Below, piece after piece: positions 17,759 through 27,200 of a stretch of DNA of 59,809 nt. The notes beneath the pieces were generated by a model that saw nothing but the letters and a program-made list of their open reading frames with translations, was not told the origin of the DNA and searched no databases. Origin of the DNA: a virus (Duplodnaviria > Caudoviricetes); the IMG/VR virus record IMGVR_UViG_3300032227_000277, positions 1 to 59,809 of that record; one strand, written 5' to 3'. A program made the translations under genes and the position numbers. The first letter of the stretch is position 1. The number at the start of each line of letters is the position of its first letter.

Positions 17759-18355
17759 TCAGTTGATGTCGATAGTGAGGTGAATGTTTCCTTGCTCATC
17801 CAAGCTAGTGCTCGAAACAATGTAGCCCTCAGACACAGCCTGTTCGCACGCGGCTGCGATAGAGTATTGCTGCATGAGCTTGCCCACCGAATGGAGTTGC
17901 TGCTCACCTGCCTCGCGCTCACCGGACCAATGCTCCACTGCGCCAGCAAACTGTGCGCCAAGGAACTTGCGGATAGGCTTCTCCTCGCGTGAGAAGCCAG
18001 CCGCCATCGACTCAGCGATGCTGGGATACTGGTAGTCATCGAAGAAGGGAACCAGTTCCCCGTGCTGATTGTAGATGAGACCGATGTCATAGTAGGCGTC
18101 TGCCACCTTGATGACATAGTCGCACTCCTCGGGGTTCTCGTGGAACCGAAGACCCTCGTGCGGTTGACCGACACGTTGCGCCGTGTCCTGCTTGCTCTTG
18201 ACATGCTTCGCAATCTGATCTGCGTAATACATACGCGGGACAGCATTCTGCTCAAGAGTGATGTTGATGCTCTGCGATTGCAGGACTGCGATTGCCGTTT
18301 GCAGAGCAGTGACGCTCTTGATCGGCGTGGTCTTGATACTTGTTGTGTGGCTTAT
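17759..18355 (-). CDS. DUF1257 (Ycf35-like) protein, apparent ATA start
   Basis: Frame open upstream of the track ATG as ISHTTSIKTTPIKSVTALQTAI; YDIGL, KLMQQYS..A...A..EGY; GGAGG 7 nt before ATA. Confidence 0.75.
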   Translation of the reverse strand: MSHTTSIKTTPIKSVTALQTAIAVLQSQSINITLEQNAVPRMYYADQIAKHVKSKQDTAQRVGQPHEGLRFHENPEECDYVIKVADAYYDIGLIYNQHGELVPFFDDYQYPSIAESMAAGFSREEKPIRKFLGAQFAGAVEHWSGEREAGEQQLHSVGKLMQQYSIAAACEQAVSEGYIVSSTSLDEQGNIHLTIDIN

Positions 18356-18388
18356 AGCTTTACCTCCAGAAGGAGCCTCCGTGTTAGT

Positions 18389-18898
18389 TTAGTTTTGTCG
18401 ATATACGCCGTTCACGACCCTGCTTACAAGGGCTTGGTCGCATCCCAGCAGTTTTGAAATCTCTCCAATCGCCATGCCTTCATTAAAAAGGCGAAGCATT
18501 TCTGCACGATCATATTTATGTTTACGGGGTCTAGTTGCGTGAAACTCACGAAACCAAGCCCTAGTGGACTCTGACATCTTACGGCCTTTATTCTTACTGC
18601 CACCGTAAGGAATACCGGGTTTGTTATGCCATCCGATCCTGACGTTTAATGAATTAGGTCTTGACCGGATTTCTGATTCTTCCCTAGCAAAGGCTTCGTC
18701 TTGATCTGTAGTGCTGTGTAACACTGACCACGCCCAACCAGACGTAGAGGTGCTCAATGCCTTATGAAAGGGTGTCTTCGCATTTTTTGCTGCCCGTTCA
18801 TGGAAGTATCTGCGTTGCTGCACAGACATAGAAGTGCATCCGACGTAAGTTCCAAGCCTAGGGTGTCTTGCCAAGTAAACGGTAAATACCTTATCCAT
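18389..18898 (-). CDS. GIY-YIG homing endonuclease with NUMOD3-like and HTH domains
   Basis: TVYL...TYVGCT...RRYFH...EAFAREESEI...LN; KGRKMSESTR; C-terminal HTH; also in frame with upstream ATG 18955. Confidence 0.85.
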   Translation of the reverse strand: MDKVFTVYLARHPRLGTYVGCTSMSVQQRRYFHERAAKNAKTPFHKALSTSTSGWAWSVLHSTTDQDEAFAREESEIRSRPNSLNVRIGWHNKPGIPYGGSKNKGRKMSESTRAWFREFHATRPRKHKYDRAEMLRLFNEGMAIGEISKLLGCDQALVSRVVNGVYRQN

Positions 18899-18905
18899 GC
18901 CATTA

Positions 18906-18934
18906 GCTATACTACTCGTAACGGTATAAAGCAA
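18906..18934 (-). promoter_or_regulatory. Cassette-internal promoter TTGCTT-N17-TATAGC
   Basis: -10 lies 7 nt before the endonuclease ATG. Confidence 0.6.
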
Positions 18935-18970
18935 GTGTAAAGTTGTGTGTGACATAGTGGACTGTAGTGA

Positions 18971-18998
18971 ACTATAACGTAACCTGTTTTCTTTGCAA
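18971..18998 (-). promoter_or_regulatory. Promoter TTGCAA-N16-TATAGT
   Basis: Same class as 1723-1750; precedes the MSHTT stub. Confidence 0.75.
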
Positions 18999-19013
18999 GT
19001 AGTTTTTTCTAGT

Positions 19014-19028
19014 TTGCACGCCGTGCAA
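19014..19028. repeat. Dispersed palindrome copy 8
   Basis: TTGCACGCCGTGCAA. Confidence 0.9.
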
Positions 19029-19029
19029 A

Positions 19030-19677
19030 TCACGAACCGATGACACGCCGAGGACGAGCGGCGACGAACATCTCCTTAGTCTCCCCGCGTTCGTCCTTTA
19101 CTTCGACTTTGGTGACGCGTTGGGCGGGAGTCACTTCTGGGGAGATTTCAATCTGCTCGCTGATCGCTCGCTGAACTACGGCGTCTGAGCAGAAGGATCG
19201 AAACTGAGCCAGAACCTTCACCCCTGCGGCTTCGACTTCATTCAGCGTCAGGATGTCAAAGTTGCCCTCAATCTCGCCGTGCTGAAATGCAGAGCTAGGA
19301 TGATCGGTGACCTTAAATCGAATCAGACGCGTTGCTGCCGTAGCACGCAATCTCAAGTAGATCGAAGCGCGAGTCGGTCGCTTGCCGTAGTTGTTGCGAC
19401 AGTCTACGAAGACCTTGACGATCTCGCCCTCCTCGATGTCGAACAGTTGCTGACAGAACTGTCCAACGATCTTCGGGTTTAGGCCGGGAACAGAAGGAGA
19501 CAGGGACATCGATCCTACACGCCTAACTACCGATGCAGTAGTCCCAGCTTTGCTCGCAGCATCGAGGAACGACTCTGTAGTCCCCTTGCCCCCACGTTGG
19601 GGGCAATGAAAGACGCGAACCTGCCCTGACTGATTGCGGAGAACGACATTTCCGCTCGTTGTTTTTAGAAGTGGCAT
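19030..19677 (-). CDS. Hypothetical protein downstream of AAA ATPase
   Basis: 215-aa ORF in operon, CA-rich leader. Confidence 0.75.
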   Translation of the reverse strand: MPLLKTTSGNVVLRNQSGQVRVFHCPQRGGKGTTESFLDAASKAGTTASVVRRVGSMSLSPSVPGLNPKIVGQFCQQLFDIEEGEIVKVFVDCRNNYGKRPTRASIYLRLRATAATRLIRFKVTDHPSSAFQHGEIEGNFDILTLNEVEAAGVKVLAQFRSFCSDAVVQRAISEQIEISPEVTPAQRVTKVEVKDERGETKEMFVAARPRRVIGS

Positions 19678-19697
19678 AGTGTGTGAGTGTTCTGAGG

Positions 19698-21353
19698 TTA
19701 TTGACCGATGCGGCGTCTGCGAACAGCTTGAACTGCGGAGCGTGGCTCAACCAACTCCTCAGATTCCTCCGAGTGTGAAGAGGCGAGTCGAGCGTTGTTC
19801 TTCGCCCACTCACTCATGCGAGCGAAGTCCTCTGGGAATGCTTCTGCGAGCGGTCGCATCTCCCCAAGCATCTCAGCAATGAGCTTGCCCGTGACTTCGA
19901 CCTTGCGGACGAAGGCGACCTTAACCGCTTCCTTGACCGCAGCCTCAAGCTCGGCTGAGACATAGCCCTTGGATGCGCGAACGGCAACGTCGATGTCCTT
20001 GACCTTTCGGACGTTCTGCTTGCGCTTGCGGAGGTGGATACGAAGGATAGCTTCACGCTCCTCCTTGTTCGGAGGCATCACCGCAAAGACTTCATCGAGA
20101 CGACCCTTGCGAAGCAATTCCGGCGGGAGAGAATCCGTGCGGTTTGCGGTGTAGATCGGAAAGATCGGAGCCTTGGTTTCCTGCATGAAGGTCAGGATAG
20201 CCCCGAGAACACGCTTGCTCACACCGGAGTCACCTCCTCCTTGGTGCGATCCACCAAGGGACTTGTCGATCTCATCGAAGAGGACAGTCACGCGACCCAT
20301 CGCTTCCAGTTGCTTGAGAGCGGAGCGAACCCGTGACTCAGACTGACCCACCAGCGAACCGAAACACTTGCTGACATCGAACTTGACCAGAGGCTGTCCG
20401 AGGCGTGAGGCGATAGCCTTGCCGATCAGCGTCTTGCCAGTGCCGGGAGGACCAACTGCCGCGATCCCTGCTGGAGCGTCAACGCCGAACGCACGAGCGT
20501 CCTCCGAGAAGGCACAAGCGGCATTGTCGATCCACTCCTTGAGTTGATCGAGTCCACCCACCTCACTCATGTCAACGGGTTCCATGAGTTCCAAGACTTC
20601 CGACTGCTTGACCACTTCGGTCTTTGCGTCGAGGACGGTTCCGTTGAACTTGTCGAACGGAATGGAGTCTATCGAATCCTCTGGCGACTTGTTCTCAACG
20701 ATTGCGCGGGAGAAGGCGAGTTCCGCCTCCATTTGTGTGAGACCACCAGCCGCCGCAGAGATCGTCTCACGCTCGCCTCTTGTGTAGAGTTCCGGCACGG
20801 CGTGACCTTCTGGGACTGAGCTACCGACGATATACTGAAGGAGATCAGACATCTCTTCGATGGAGGGTAGGTCGAAGTCCACCGTGGGAATGTCGTGAGT
20901 GAGTTCGTCAGGAAGATTGACATGCTCTGGAACGATCACGACCATCCGCATCTTCTTGCTCATAGTTGGGAAGACCCTAACATACTGGCGAAGCAGTTCC
21001 ACCATCGCGGGTGCTTTTTCGAGCCAAGGGTGGATAGCGTGCATCACGAAGAAGCCGGGAGCTTGCCAGCCCTCTGGCTCCCATCCACCGTCCACGTTCA
21101 TTAGCCACTTCATCGCGGCAAGTGGATCGAGGGTTTTCTGCGCGTGCGGCTTCGCACCGGGGGCATCCGATGGGCGTGAGATACGCCAGCCGTTGACTGA
21201 GTCCCACTGACCGAAAGGAATCGCCTCAGCAAAGGCCAATTCCTTGATTGCATCCATTGCGCGATAAGGTTCGCGGGTGCGGGTGAACATAACTCCGCAC
21301 CCAGACTTGCTGAGGATGCTGAGTTCCGTCTTGTATTTATCGTTGGTGTTCAT
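19698..21353 (-). CDS. Ycf46-like AAA+ ATPase
   Basis: VGGLDQLKEW, GPPGTGKT, SLVGQSESRVR, FDEIDK, TANR..LPPELLRKGRLDEVF; degenerate N-terminal AAA domain. Confidence 0.92.
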   Translation of the reverse strand: MNTNDKYKTELSILSKSGCGVMFTRTREPYRAMDAIKELAFAEAIPFGQWDSVNGWRISRPSDAPGAKPHAQKTLDPLAAMKWLMNVDGGWEPEGWQAPGFFVMHAIHPWLEKAPAMVELLRQYVRVFPTMSKKMRMVVIVPEHVNLPDELTHDIPTVDFDLPSIEEMSDLLQYIVGSSVPEGHAVPELYTRGERETISAAAGGLTQMEAELAFSRAIVENKSPEDSIDSIPFDKFNGTVLDAKTEVVKQSEVLELMEPVDMSEVGGLDQLKEWIDNAACAFSEDARAFGVDAPAGIAAVGPPGTGKTLIGKAIASRLGQPLVKFDVSKCFGSLVGQSESRVRSALKQLEAMGRVTVLFDEIDKSLGGSHQGGGDSGVSKRVLGAILTFMQETKAPIFPIYTANRTDSLPPELLRKGRLDEVFAVMPPNKEEREAILRIHLRKRKQNVRKVKDIDVAVRASKGYVSAELEAAVKEAVKVAFVRKVEVTGKLIAEMLGEMRPLAEAFPEDFARMSEWAKNNARLASSHSEESEELVEPRSAVQAVRRRRIGQ

Positions 21354-21383
21354 AAAAAAAGCTCTTCTACTGTGAGCAAGGTA

Positions 21384-21411
21384 ACTTTAGCTCGCCTTTC
21401 TTTCTTTGCAA
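21384..21411 (-). promoter_or_regulatory. Promoter TTGCAA-N16-TAAAGT
   Basis: Same class as 1723-1750. Confidence 0.7.
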
Positions 21412-21430
21412 GCTCTTTTATTCAAAAGTT

Positions 21431-21445
21431 TTGCACGGCGTGCAA
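21431..21445. repeat. Dispersed palindrome copy 9
   Basis: TTGCACGGCGTGCAA. Confidence 0.9.
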
Positions 21446-21446
21446 A

Positions 21447-21767
21447 TCAGGAGACTGGTCGGGTCCGCGAGCGGAACTTCAGCCTTGGGGGACGAGGTGC
21501 GTCCACGATCTCGATCAGACCGTGACTGGGAAGACTGTGATGCCGTCTGGACTTGACGCTGTGCCAGCGACACTCCACTTCCCGTCCCTCACGTTCGGCT
21601 CGCTCCAGTCGCTTCGCGACATCGTTCCACAAGGACGCCCGATTCTCTCCTGCTGCGAACTTCGCCCAGTATCGTGCTGACTCGATGTCAACGATGACTA
21701 CTGAGGGAGGCTGATACGACTGGACATCCGTGGGCTTGGGGAGAGGCTTAGGCAATCGGGTTCTCAT
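21447..21767 (-). CDS. Hypothetical basic protein
   Basis: Probable ATG at 21767, 8 nt below a -10 box. Confidence 0.6.
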   Translation of the reverse strand: MRTRLPKPLPKPTDVQSYQPPSVVIVDIESARYWAKFAAGENRASLWNDVAKRLERAEREGREVECRWHSVKSRRHHSLPSHGLIEIVDAPRPPRLKFRSRTRPVS

Positions 21768-21775
21768 GGACCCGA

Positions 21776-21803
21776 AGTCTAAATCGCCTTTTTTTCTTTG
21801 CAA
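21776..21803 (-). promoter_or_regulatory. Promoter TTGCAA-N16-TAGACT
   Basis: Same class as 1723-1750. Confidence 0.7.
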
Positions 21804-21809
21804 GCGGTT

Positions 21810-22409
21810 TTATCCGCTGACCTGCATACCCCCGGTTTCAGACTCGCCCTCTAAGTCCGTCGTGTAGTCAAACTCAGGAAGCACGGGGACCGGACCATCT
21901 CGGTGGGAGGACGACCCTGCGCGATTGGTGTTCATGCCGGAATCAAAGTTACCGCTTCGGTGAATTGCGGGAAGGTTGATTCCTGTCATATACTTACCAT
22001 CTCGACTTACCATCGCAGCCGCTCGTATCTCACGAACCTCGCCAGAGGATGTCACGATACGGAAGATGTCCTGATACCCGCCACGATCCTCGATAGCTTT
22101 TAGGATTCTGGCATTCACTCGATCCCGGTCCTCGGGATGAATAATTGCCTCAAATGCTCCGTGGTTCGGATTCCACTCCCCCTTCACTCTACCAAAGAGG
22201 ATGAACATCTGGTCGTCCCAAAAGATTTCGTTCTCATCCAAGTTCCAATACCACCTACCTGCGTCCGCAGCCACAAGCGCACTCTGAAACTTCTCTCGCT
22301 CAATAGTGTAAGCGTGTCGTTCCCACATATACAGTGGGATGCTGACATACCCTAAAACTACCAAGAGCATATTCAAAGTCTTGGATATAGTGAACCTACA
22401 TGCTTTCAT
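21810..22409 (-). CDS. Membrane-anchored stand-alone PAS-domain protein
   Basis: One TM then GRWYWN...WDDQMFILFG...IIHPEDRDRV...FRIVTSSGEVREI (PAS_3 pattern). Confidence 0.85.
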   Translation of the reverse strand: MKACRFTISKTLNMLLVVLGYVSIPLYMWERHAYTIEREKFQSALVAADAGRWYWNLDENEIFWDDQMFILFGRVKGEWNPNHGAFEAIIHPEDRDRVNARILKAIEDRGGYQDIFRIVTSSGEVREIRAAAMVSRDGKYMTGINLPAIHRSGNFDSGMNTNRAGSSSHRDGPVPVLPEFDYTTDLEGESETGGMQVSG

Positions 22410-22759
22410 CGTTTTGACAGGAATCGTTTTACCAAATTACTGATGGCTATGCCAACCAACGCTAGTGTATCAAATGCCTTGTATCCTGCAAAGATAGATA
22501 CTCCAAGAAGGAAGTAGGAAAACCCGTAGTGCTGAACTAGCAGGAAGGTAAGTCCAGCAGACACCAGTGCGCCAGCCATCAGATACGCGGCGACGACACG
22601 CACGGTCAATGCTTTGGACTCGTTCCCTAAAACAGATGCGAGTGCGCTGAGTAGGCCCAGCATGGCTGCGCCAGCGATGTATGCTACGACTTTTACGTCA
22701 GCGGATAATGGATTGATCGGCTCCATCCCTCGTATAGTCGCAGACATCCTCCGCCTCAC
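22406..22759 (-). CDS. Putative holin
   Basis: About 3 TM segments, basic C-terminus, ATGA overlap with endolysin. Confidence 0.7.
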   Translation of the reverse strand: MRRRMSATIRGMEPINPLSADVKVVAYIAGAAMLGLLSALASVLGNESKALTVRVVAAYLMAGALVSAGLTFLLVQHYGFSYFLLGVSIFAGYKAFDTLALVGIAISNLVKRFLSKR

Positions 22760-23715
22760 CCTTTAGCCGCCTTGATCTTAGCGATGTCAGCCGAGCACAC
22801 TGCGCGGAACTCTTTCATGGAAAGGCTGTCGCCATTCAGATTGAGCGCACCACCGGGGTCTGTCTTCCTCTTCGGGCTGACCTCGTCATGGCCCAAAACT
22901 CGGTCAACGGAAAACACATCGGGGTTGTTGAGGTAAAGCCAAGCAACCAACCGACGAAGTGCGTTCATCTGGAGAATCGAATACAAGTGATAGTGACCCG
23001 CCGCGATGTTGTCGCGACCACTCACCGTAATCACCTCCTCGTGTGGAATGCGATTCTTAGGGTCGTTCTTTCCGTTGTCCCACCAAGGGTAGTAGTGACC
23101 CGCGTTGACCCGAAGATTGCCAGCGGCTTGAAGCTCTACGCCAGCAAAGTCATCAGAGACGTAGCCCTTCACCGAAGGGTGGGTGGAGTTCCCGGCATGG
23201 TAGCCGTGGTAGTTGAGTGGATCACTCTGACCAAGCCCACCCGCCTTGTCGATCATTAGATAGAGCATCCCGCTCGTCCGCATGAAGTCCATGCCAGCCT
23301 TCAAGCCATTCTGGTGACCTGCGGTCCAGTGGACGATGAGACCAGATGGATACTTGCTAGGATACTCACCACGCTTCGGGCCGGAAGGGAATCGCTCTGC
23401 CCACGGAATCCACAGTTCTTTCTTTCCGAAGGAGTATTGAGAGGGGTCGTGAAGAGAACTGGTCGAGACACTAACACTTTCGGGGACCGGAACCACCTTG
23501 ACCGGGGATTCGTCAACGGGCTTCAGTTGCTCACCGATGAGTTGCCTACGTTCGATGTCGAGAACCCCGGTAAGTAGATCGGACAGTGCTTGCCGTTCAG
23601 TGTCGGTCAGTCCCTTATAGTAGGTGAAGCCGGAATCGGACTTCTGCGCCAAATACCACAGTTGGGTAAAGATGGCGGAACGGTCGTGCTCTACAATAGT
23701 GTTTTGTGCCTCCAT
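22756..23715 (-). CDS. Endolysin, N-acetylmuramoyl-L-alanine amidase (Amidase_2)
   Basis: LIVHWTAG, YHAG, GVEL, LGHDEVSPKRKTDPG. Confidence 0.9.
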   Translation of the reverse strand: MEAQNTIVEHDRSAIFTQLWYLAQKSDSGFTYYKGLTDTERQALSDLLTGVLDIERRQLIGEQLKPVDESPVKVVPVPESVSVSTSSLHDPSQYSFGKKELWIPWAERFPSGPKRGEYPSKYPSGLIVHWTAGHQNGLKAGMDFMRTSGMLYLMIDKAGGLGQSDPLNYHGYHAGNSTHPSVKGYVSDDFAGVELQAAGNLRVNAGHYYPWWDNGKNDPKNRIPHEEVITVSGRDNIAAGHYHLYSILQMNALRRLVAWLYLNNPDVFSVDRVLGHDEVSPKRKTDPGGALNLNGDSLSMKEFRAVCSADIAKIKAAKG

Positions 23716-23783
23716 GCTGCCACATTAACATACGGAGCAGATTTGTCAGTCACATATGTGTGAAACTACGATGATTACCGCCG

Positions 23784-24218
23784 CTATTCGTAGGTCATAG
23801 CCTCCGTGAACCAGTCGTCTACATCATTTTCGTCAATGAGTAGTTGCTGCCGGATAGCCTCGACTTTCGGGGAGGTTCGCCGCACGGTGGGGGCATACTC
23901 AAACCACTCGGTCATAATATCCCGTTCTGTCTGGTTCGGGATAGCCGCGATAGCTGCAAGAACGGTAGCCTTGAGTCCTTTACGGATCAGCATCTCACCA
24001 AACTGGGCGCGGGTGAGAATCAGAGTCGCCCGTGTGTTTGCGAGGGTCGTCGCCGCTAGGTGTGCAGTCTGGGCGATCTCAGCGGCAGGTCGGGCAGCTT
24101 CGATCTCTTCCATCGTAGGGATAGCTCCACCGTCTCCTGCGGTGATCAGATCACCGTCTACGGTCCAACCTCCACGGTTCGGAAAACCAAAAACAAGAAT
24201 TTCGGGGATCGAGATCAT
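23784..24218 (-). CDS. Tail-fibre-associated protein
   Basis: Directly downstream of fibre; PTMEEIEAA and WFEYAPTVRRTSP...VDDWF resemble fibre-chaperone-type proteins. Confidence 0.55.
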   Translation of the reverse strand: MISIPEILVFGFPNRGGWTVDGDLITAGDGGAIPTMEEIEAARPAAEIAQTAHLAATTLANTRATLILTRAQFGEMLIRKGLKATVLAAIAAIPNQTERDIMTEWFEYAPTVRRTSPKVEAIRQQLLIDENDVDDWFTEAMTYE

Positions 24219-24220
24219 GG

Positions 24221-27200
24221 TTACGGGATTCGGTGGACTCGCATAGTCAATCCTTTAAGAAAAGTAATGCTTGTGCCAGAATTTTCGGAGGCTGCGCGAA
24301 ATTGAACGGTGTTTGGATTGCTCCCGTTTATAAGGGTTAAGGTTGCCCGAAACGGGAGGGTATCGGTCGAGCCATCTGCTTGGGTCAACGTAGTATTGAA
24401 CGCAGTCGCTGCTGCCACTGTTCGTCCGGTATTAACGGCATTCCAGTGCTCAAGAGTGTAACGGACATGAGTCGGGCTAGAGGGTCCGGTAAACGCGATT
24501 TGAAGACCAGACCCAGCAGCGCCGCCGACTCGGAAACCAACGATCTCGATAAGTATTTTCTCGTTTATCGCGACAGAGCAAGAAAGACCAGTGACGTTGC
24601 TGATGGTTCCGGTGTTATCAAAAAAGTCGTCCGTACGCATGTAATGCTCGGTGATAGCCGATCCACCTCCACCAGAAGCAACTTCCCACGCAGCACCTCC
24701 TGCCCCGTCTGCGGTAAGAACGTAGTTGTCCGCAGCAGCACCGGAACCGAAGTCCGCTGCATCAATCGAGCTTAGGGCAATTTGCCCCGTGCCGCCGTTC
24801 GCGACAGGGAGCGTCCCGGTAACGTGCGCGGAAGCTGCCGTCAGGCTGACTTGGTTGCGCGTGATAACTTGCCCAGAAATGGTCAGGTATGCTGGAGTCC
24901 CCCCGAGGGTAACGTCTCCAGAGTTCGTTCCAGAAAGAGTTCCGGTAGCCCCGTCAGCAATCGTGATACCACCAGTCTGGATCAGCTTTCCGGTCGTCCC
25001 GTCGAACCGAGCGATTGCGTTGTCCACTACGCTTGATGGCCCAAAGACATCCGCAGTGAAATAATTCGGGCGAACAAATATGGTCCCGTTATTAGCGTGC
25101 GCGCTGACCACCGCCATCACCTCAACAATGGGATTAGGCGCGGAAGGTTTGACACTAGTCAGTTTTACCGAGTTTGTCCCGGCATAGATAATCGTCTCAT
25201 CTGCCCAAGTTTGGCTGTAATTGCCTCCGTTGGTCTGGATGCCTCTGACTTTTCCAAAGGCAACCACAGTGCCTTCATGCCCTTGAATAAACTCCTCGCC
25301 TGTTATGCCCATGAACAAAGTCGCTGGGCCGATGCCGTCCCAAGGCTTGATCCGTAGCTTACCACTGTTCCCAGTTGTCCCGGCGAACATAACCGGAGTG
25401 CCTTTTGCGATTGTCGCTCCGGTATTGTTCTGAGCGTGGTAGATCAGGTGCTGCCCGGTGTGCATCGTGAACCCGTGTAGCTGGAGATCGAGAGTCTCTT
25501 CTCCTACGTTCCAGATCAGGTCGCCAACGGTTGTAGCAACGCCTGTAGGAGTCGTGTCGAACTGAATCTTTTCGACTGCTCCAAGAGTATCTCCTGCGTG
25601 CGTGTGTGCTGTAGGTGTCCTAGCGTCCGTGAGCCGTGCATCGTCTGTAGCAACGTAGTCCGTTCCTGCTGTTGCAGCAGAGACCACACTGCCGTTCCCT
25701 TTAAGGAGACCCGTGATGTCAGTGGCGGTAGTCGAAGTCACCTCTACTTCGGTCAGCGGGGTAACATCTACCCACACTGCGTTGTCTTCAGCATTGTTGG
25801 CACATTCAAACGTAGTGCCATCATCCTTGACGAACCTAGAGCCAACTAAGTAACCGACGGTTTCATCATCGTATTGGGTTGGGTTATTCGTGAGGCCGTA
25901 TTGGACAGAGCGAATATTATTGCTCTGATCCAAGATAAAAAGCGACCCGTTCCGCCAACGGTGAACATAATCAATCGAGCAGACCAGATCGAGACCGTAG
26001 TCATTGGGTGTCTGGCGGATTCTAGCGTAGTTGTCGAAGGCGATCTCCGCACCGTTGTCCATGATACCACCAGCAAGCGGGAGGTAATCACCTCCAGCCC
26101 CTCCGCCAGCAGACCATTCTTCTTCCGTGAGAACCGGATCGTCAGTCGTTGTATCAAGATAGGATTGGTAGGCGGTTTTACCCGTATCCCCAGTGTCGCC
26201 CTTTGAGACCAGCAACTCCCAGTTATATCCCGGCGGTGCGCCCCCAACCGTCCAACCCCCCGTAGCAGGTAGCCAGTAGAGACTGCCCTGATGCGTCACG
26301 GCATCATAGAGACTGTAGTTCGCGTAACCGTCCCATGCCCCTCGGTAGTTGTAGGGCATTGGTCCGGTATCTCCGGTATCACCCTTTGGTCCAGCGTCAC
26401 CAGTTGTGCCTTTAGGCAGGTAAAGATCCCATCCCCCAGAAGAGGTAGGATCACCTAGTTCCCCGCTCCCCGTGGCGACATAGAGATTGTTATCGCTACC
26501 CTTGACCACCGCACCGGGGACGTATCCGTTGCCGGGGATATAGGCGTTCAACCAGTAAAAGCCGGGACCAGTGCCGCCAGTATCGCCAGTGTCTCCTTTT
26601 GGACCGGGATCTCCGTTATTTCCGGTCGGACCTTTAAGAGCGAATGGCCCGTAGCTTGCCAAATCCGTGTAGAAGGTAAGGTTGCCACTACCGTCGTCTA
26701 CAACATTGGTAATCGGAGTGGCGTTCGTGCCGTCCGTGCCATCTTGCCCATTTGAACCGGGAGGGCCGGGATCGCCTTGCGCCCCTTGTCCCCCCGCTGG
26801 ACCTTTCAGTGCAAATGGCCCGTAGCTTGAGCTTGACGTGTAGATCGTAAGATTCCCGTTTCCATCGTCGCTGATGTTGGTAATTGGCGTAGCGTTCTCT
26901 CCATCTGAGCCATTAGAACCGGAATCACCCTTCAAATAGAATGGACCATAAGAACTACTTGTCGTGTAGATCGTCAAGTTGCCATTACCATCATTTGAGA
27001 TACTGGTAATTGGCGTTGCCTCTGGACCAGCGGGACCGGGGTCTCCCTGTGGTCCTTGTGATCCATCTGAACCAGCTGGTCCTTTGAGAGCGAATGGCCC
27101 GTAGCTTGAGTTCTGTGTGGAGATCGTCAGATTTCCACCACCGTCGTCGGAGATGATAGTGATAGGAGTCGCCTCTGCACCAGCGGGACCGGGGTCTCCC

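Larger units (their letters stand above)
18342..18949 (-). mobile_element. 600-bp homing endonuclease cassette flanked by CACACAAC direct repeats
   Basis: Repeats at 18342-18349 and 18942-18949; excision restores ATG TCA CAC ACA ACA AGT ATC AAG (MSHTTSIK). Confidence 0.8.

Noticed and set aside
17608-18255. 215-aa alternative-frame ORF
   Set aside because: S/R-rich shadow of DUF1257/DUF2997 with no domain, unlike the two accepted dual-coded loci.
18342-18949. Group I intron explanation for the GIY-YIG insertion
   Set aside because: Only about 90 nt are non-coding, too little for a ribozyme core, and I found no U|...G| splice pair that restores the frame.
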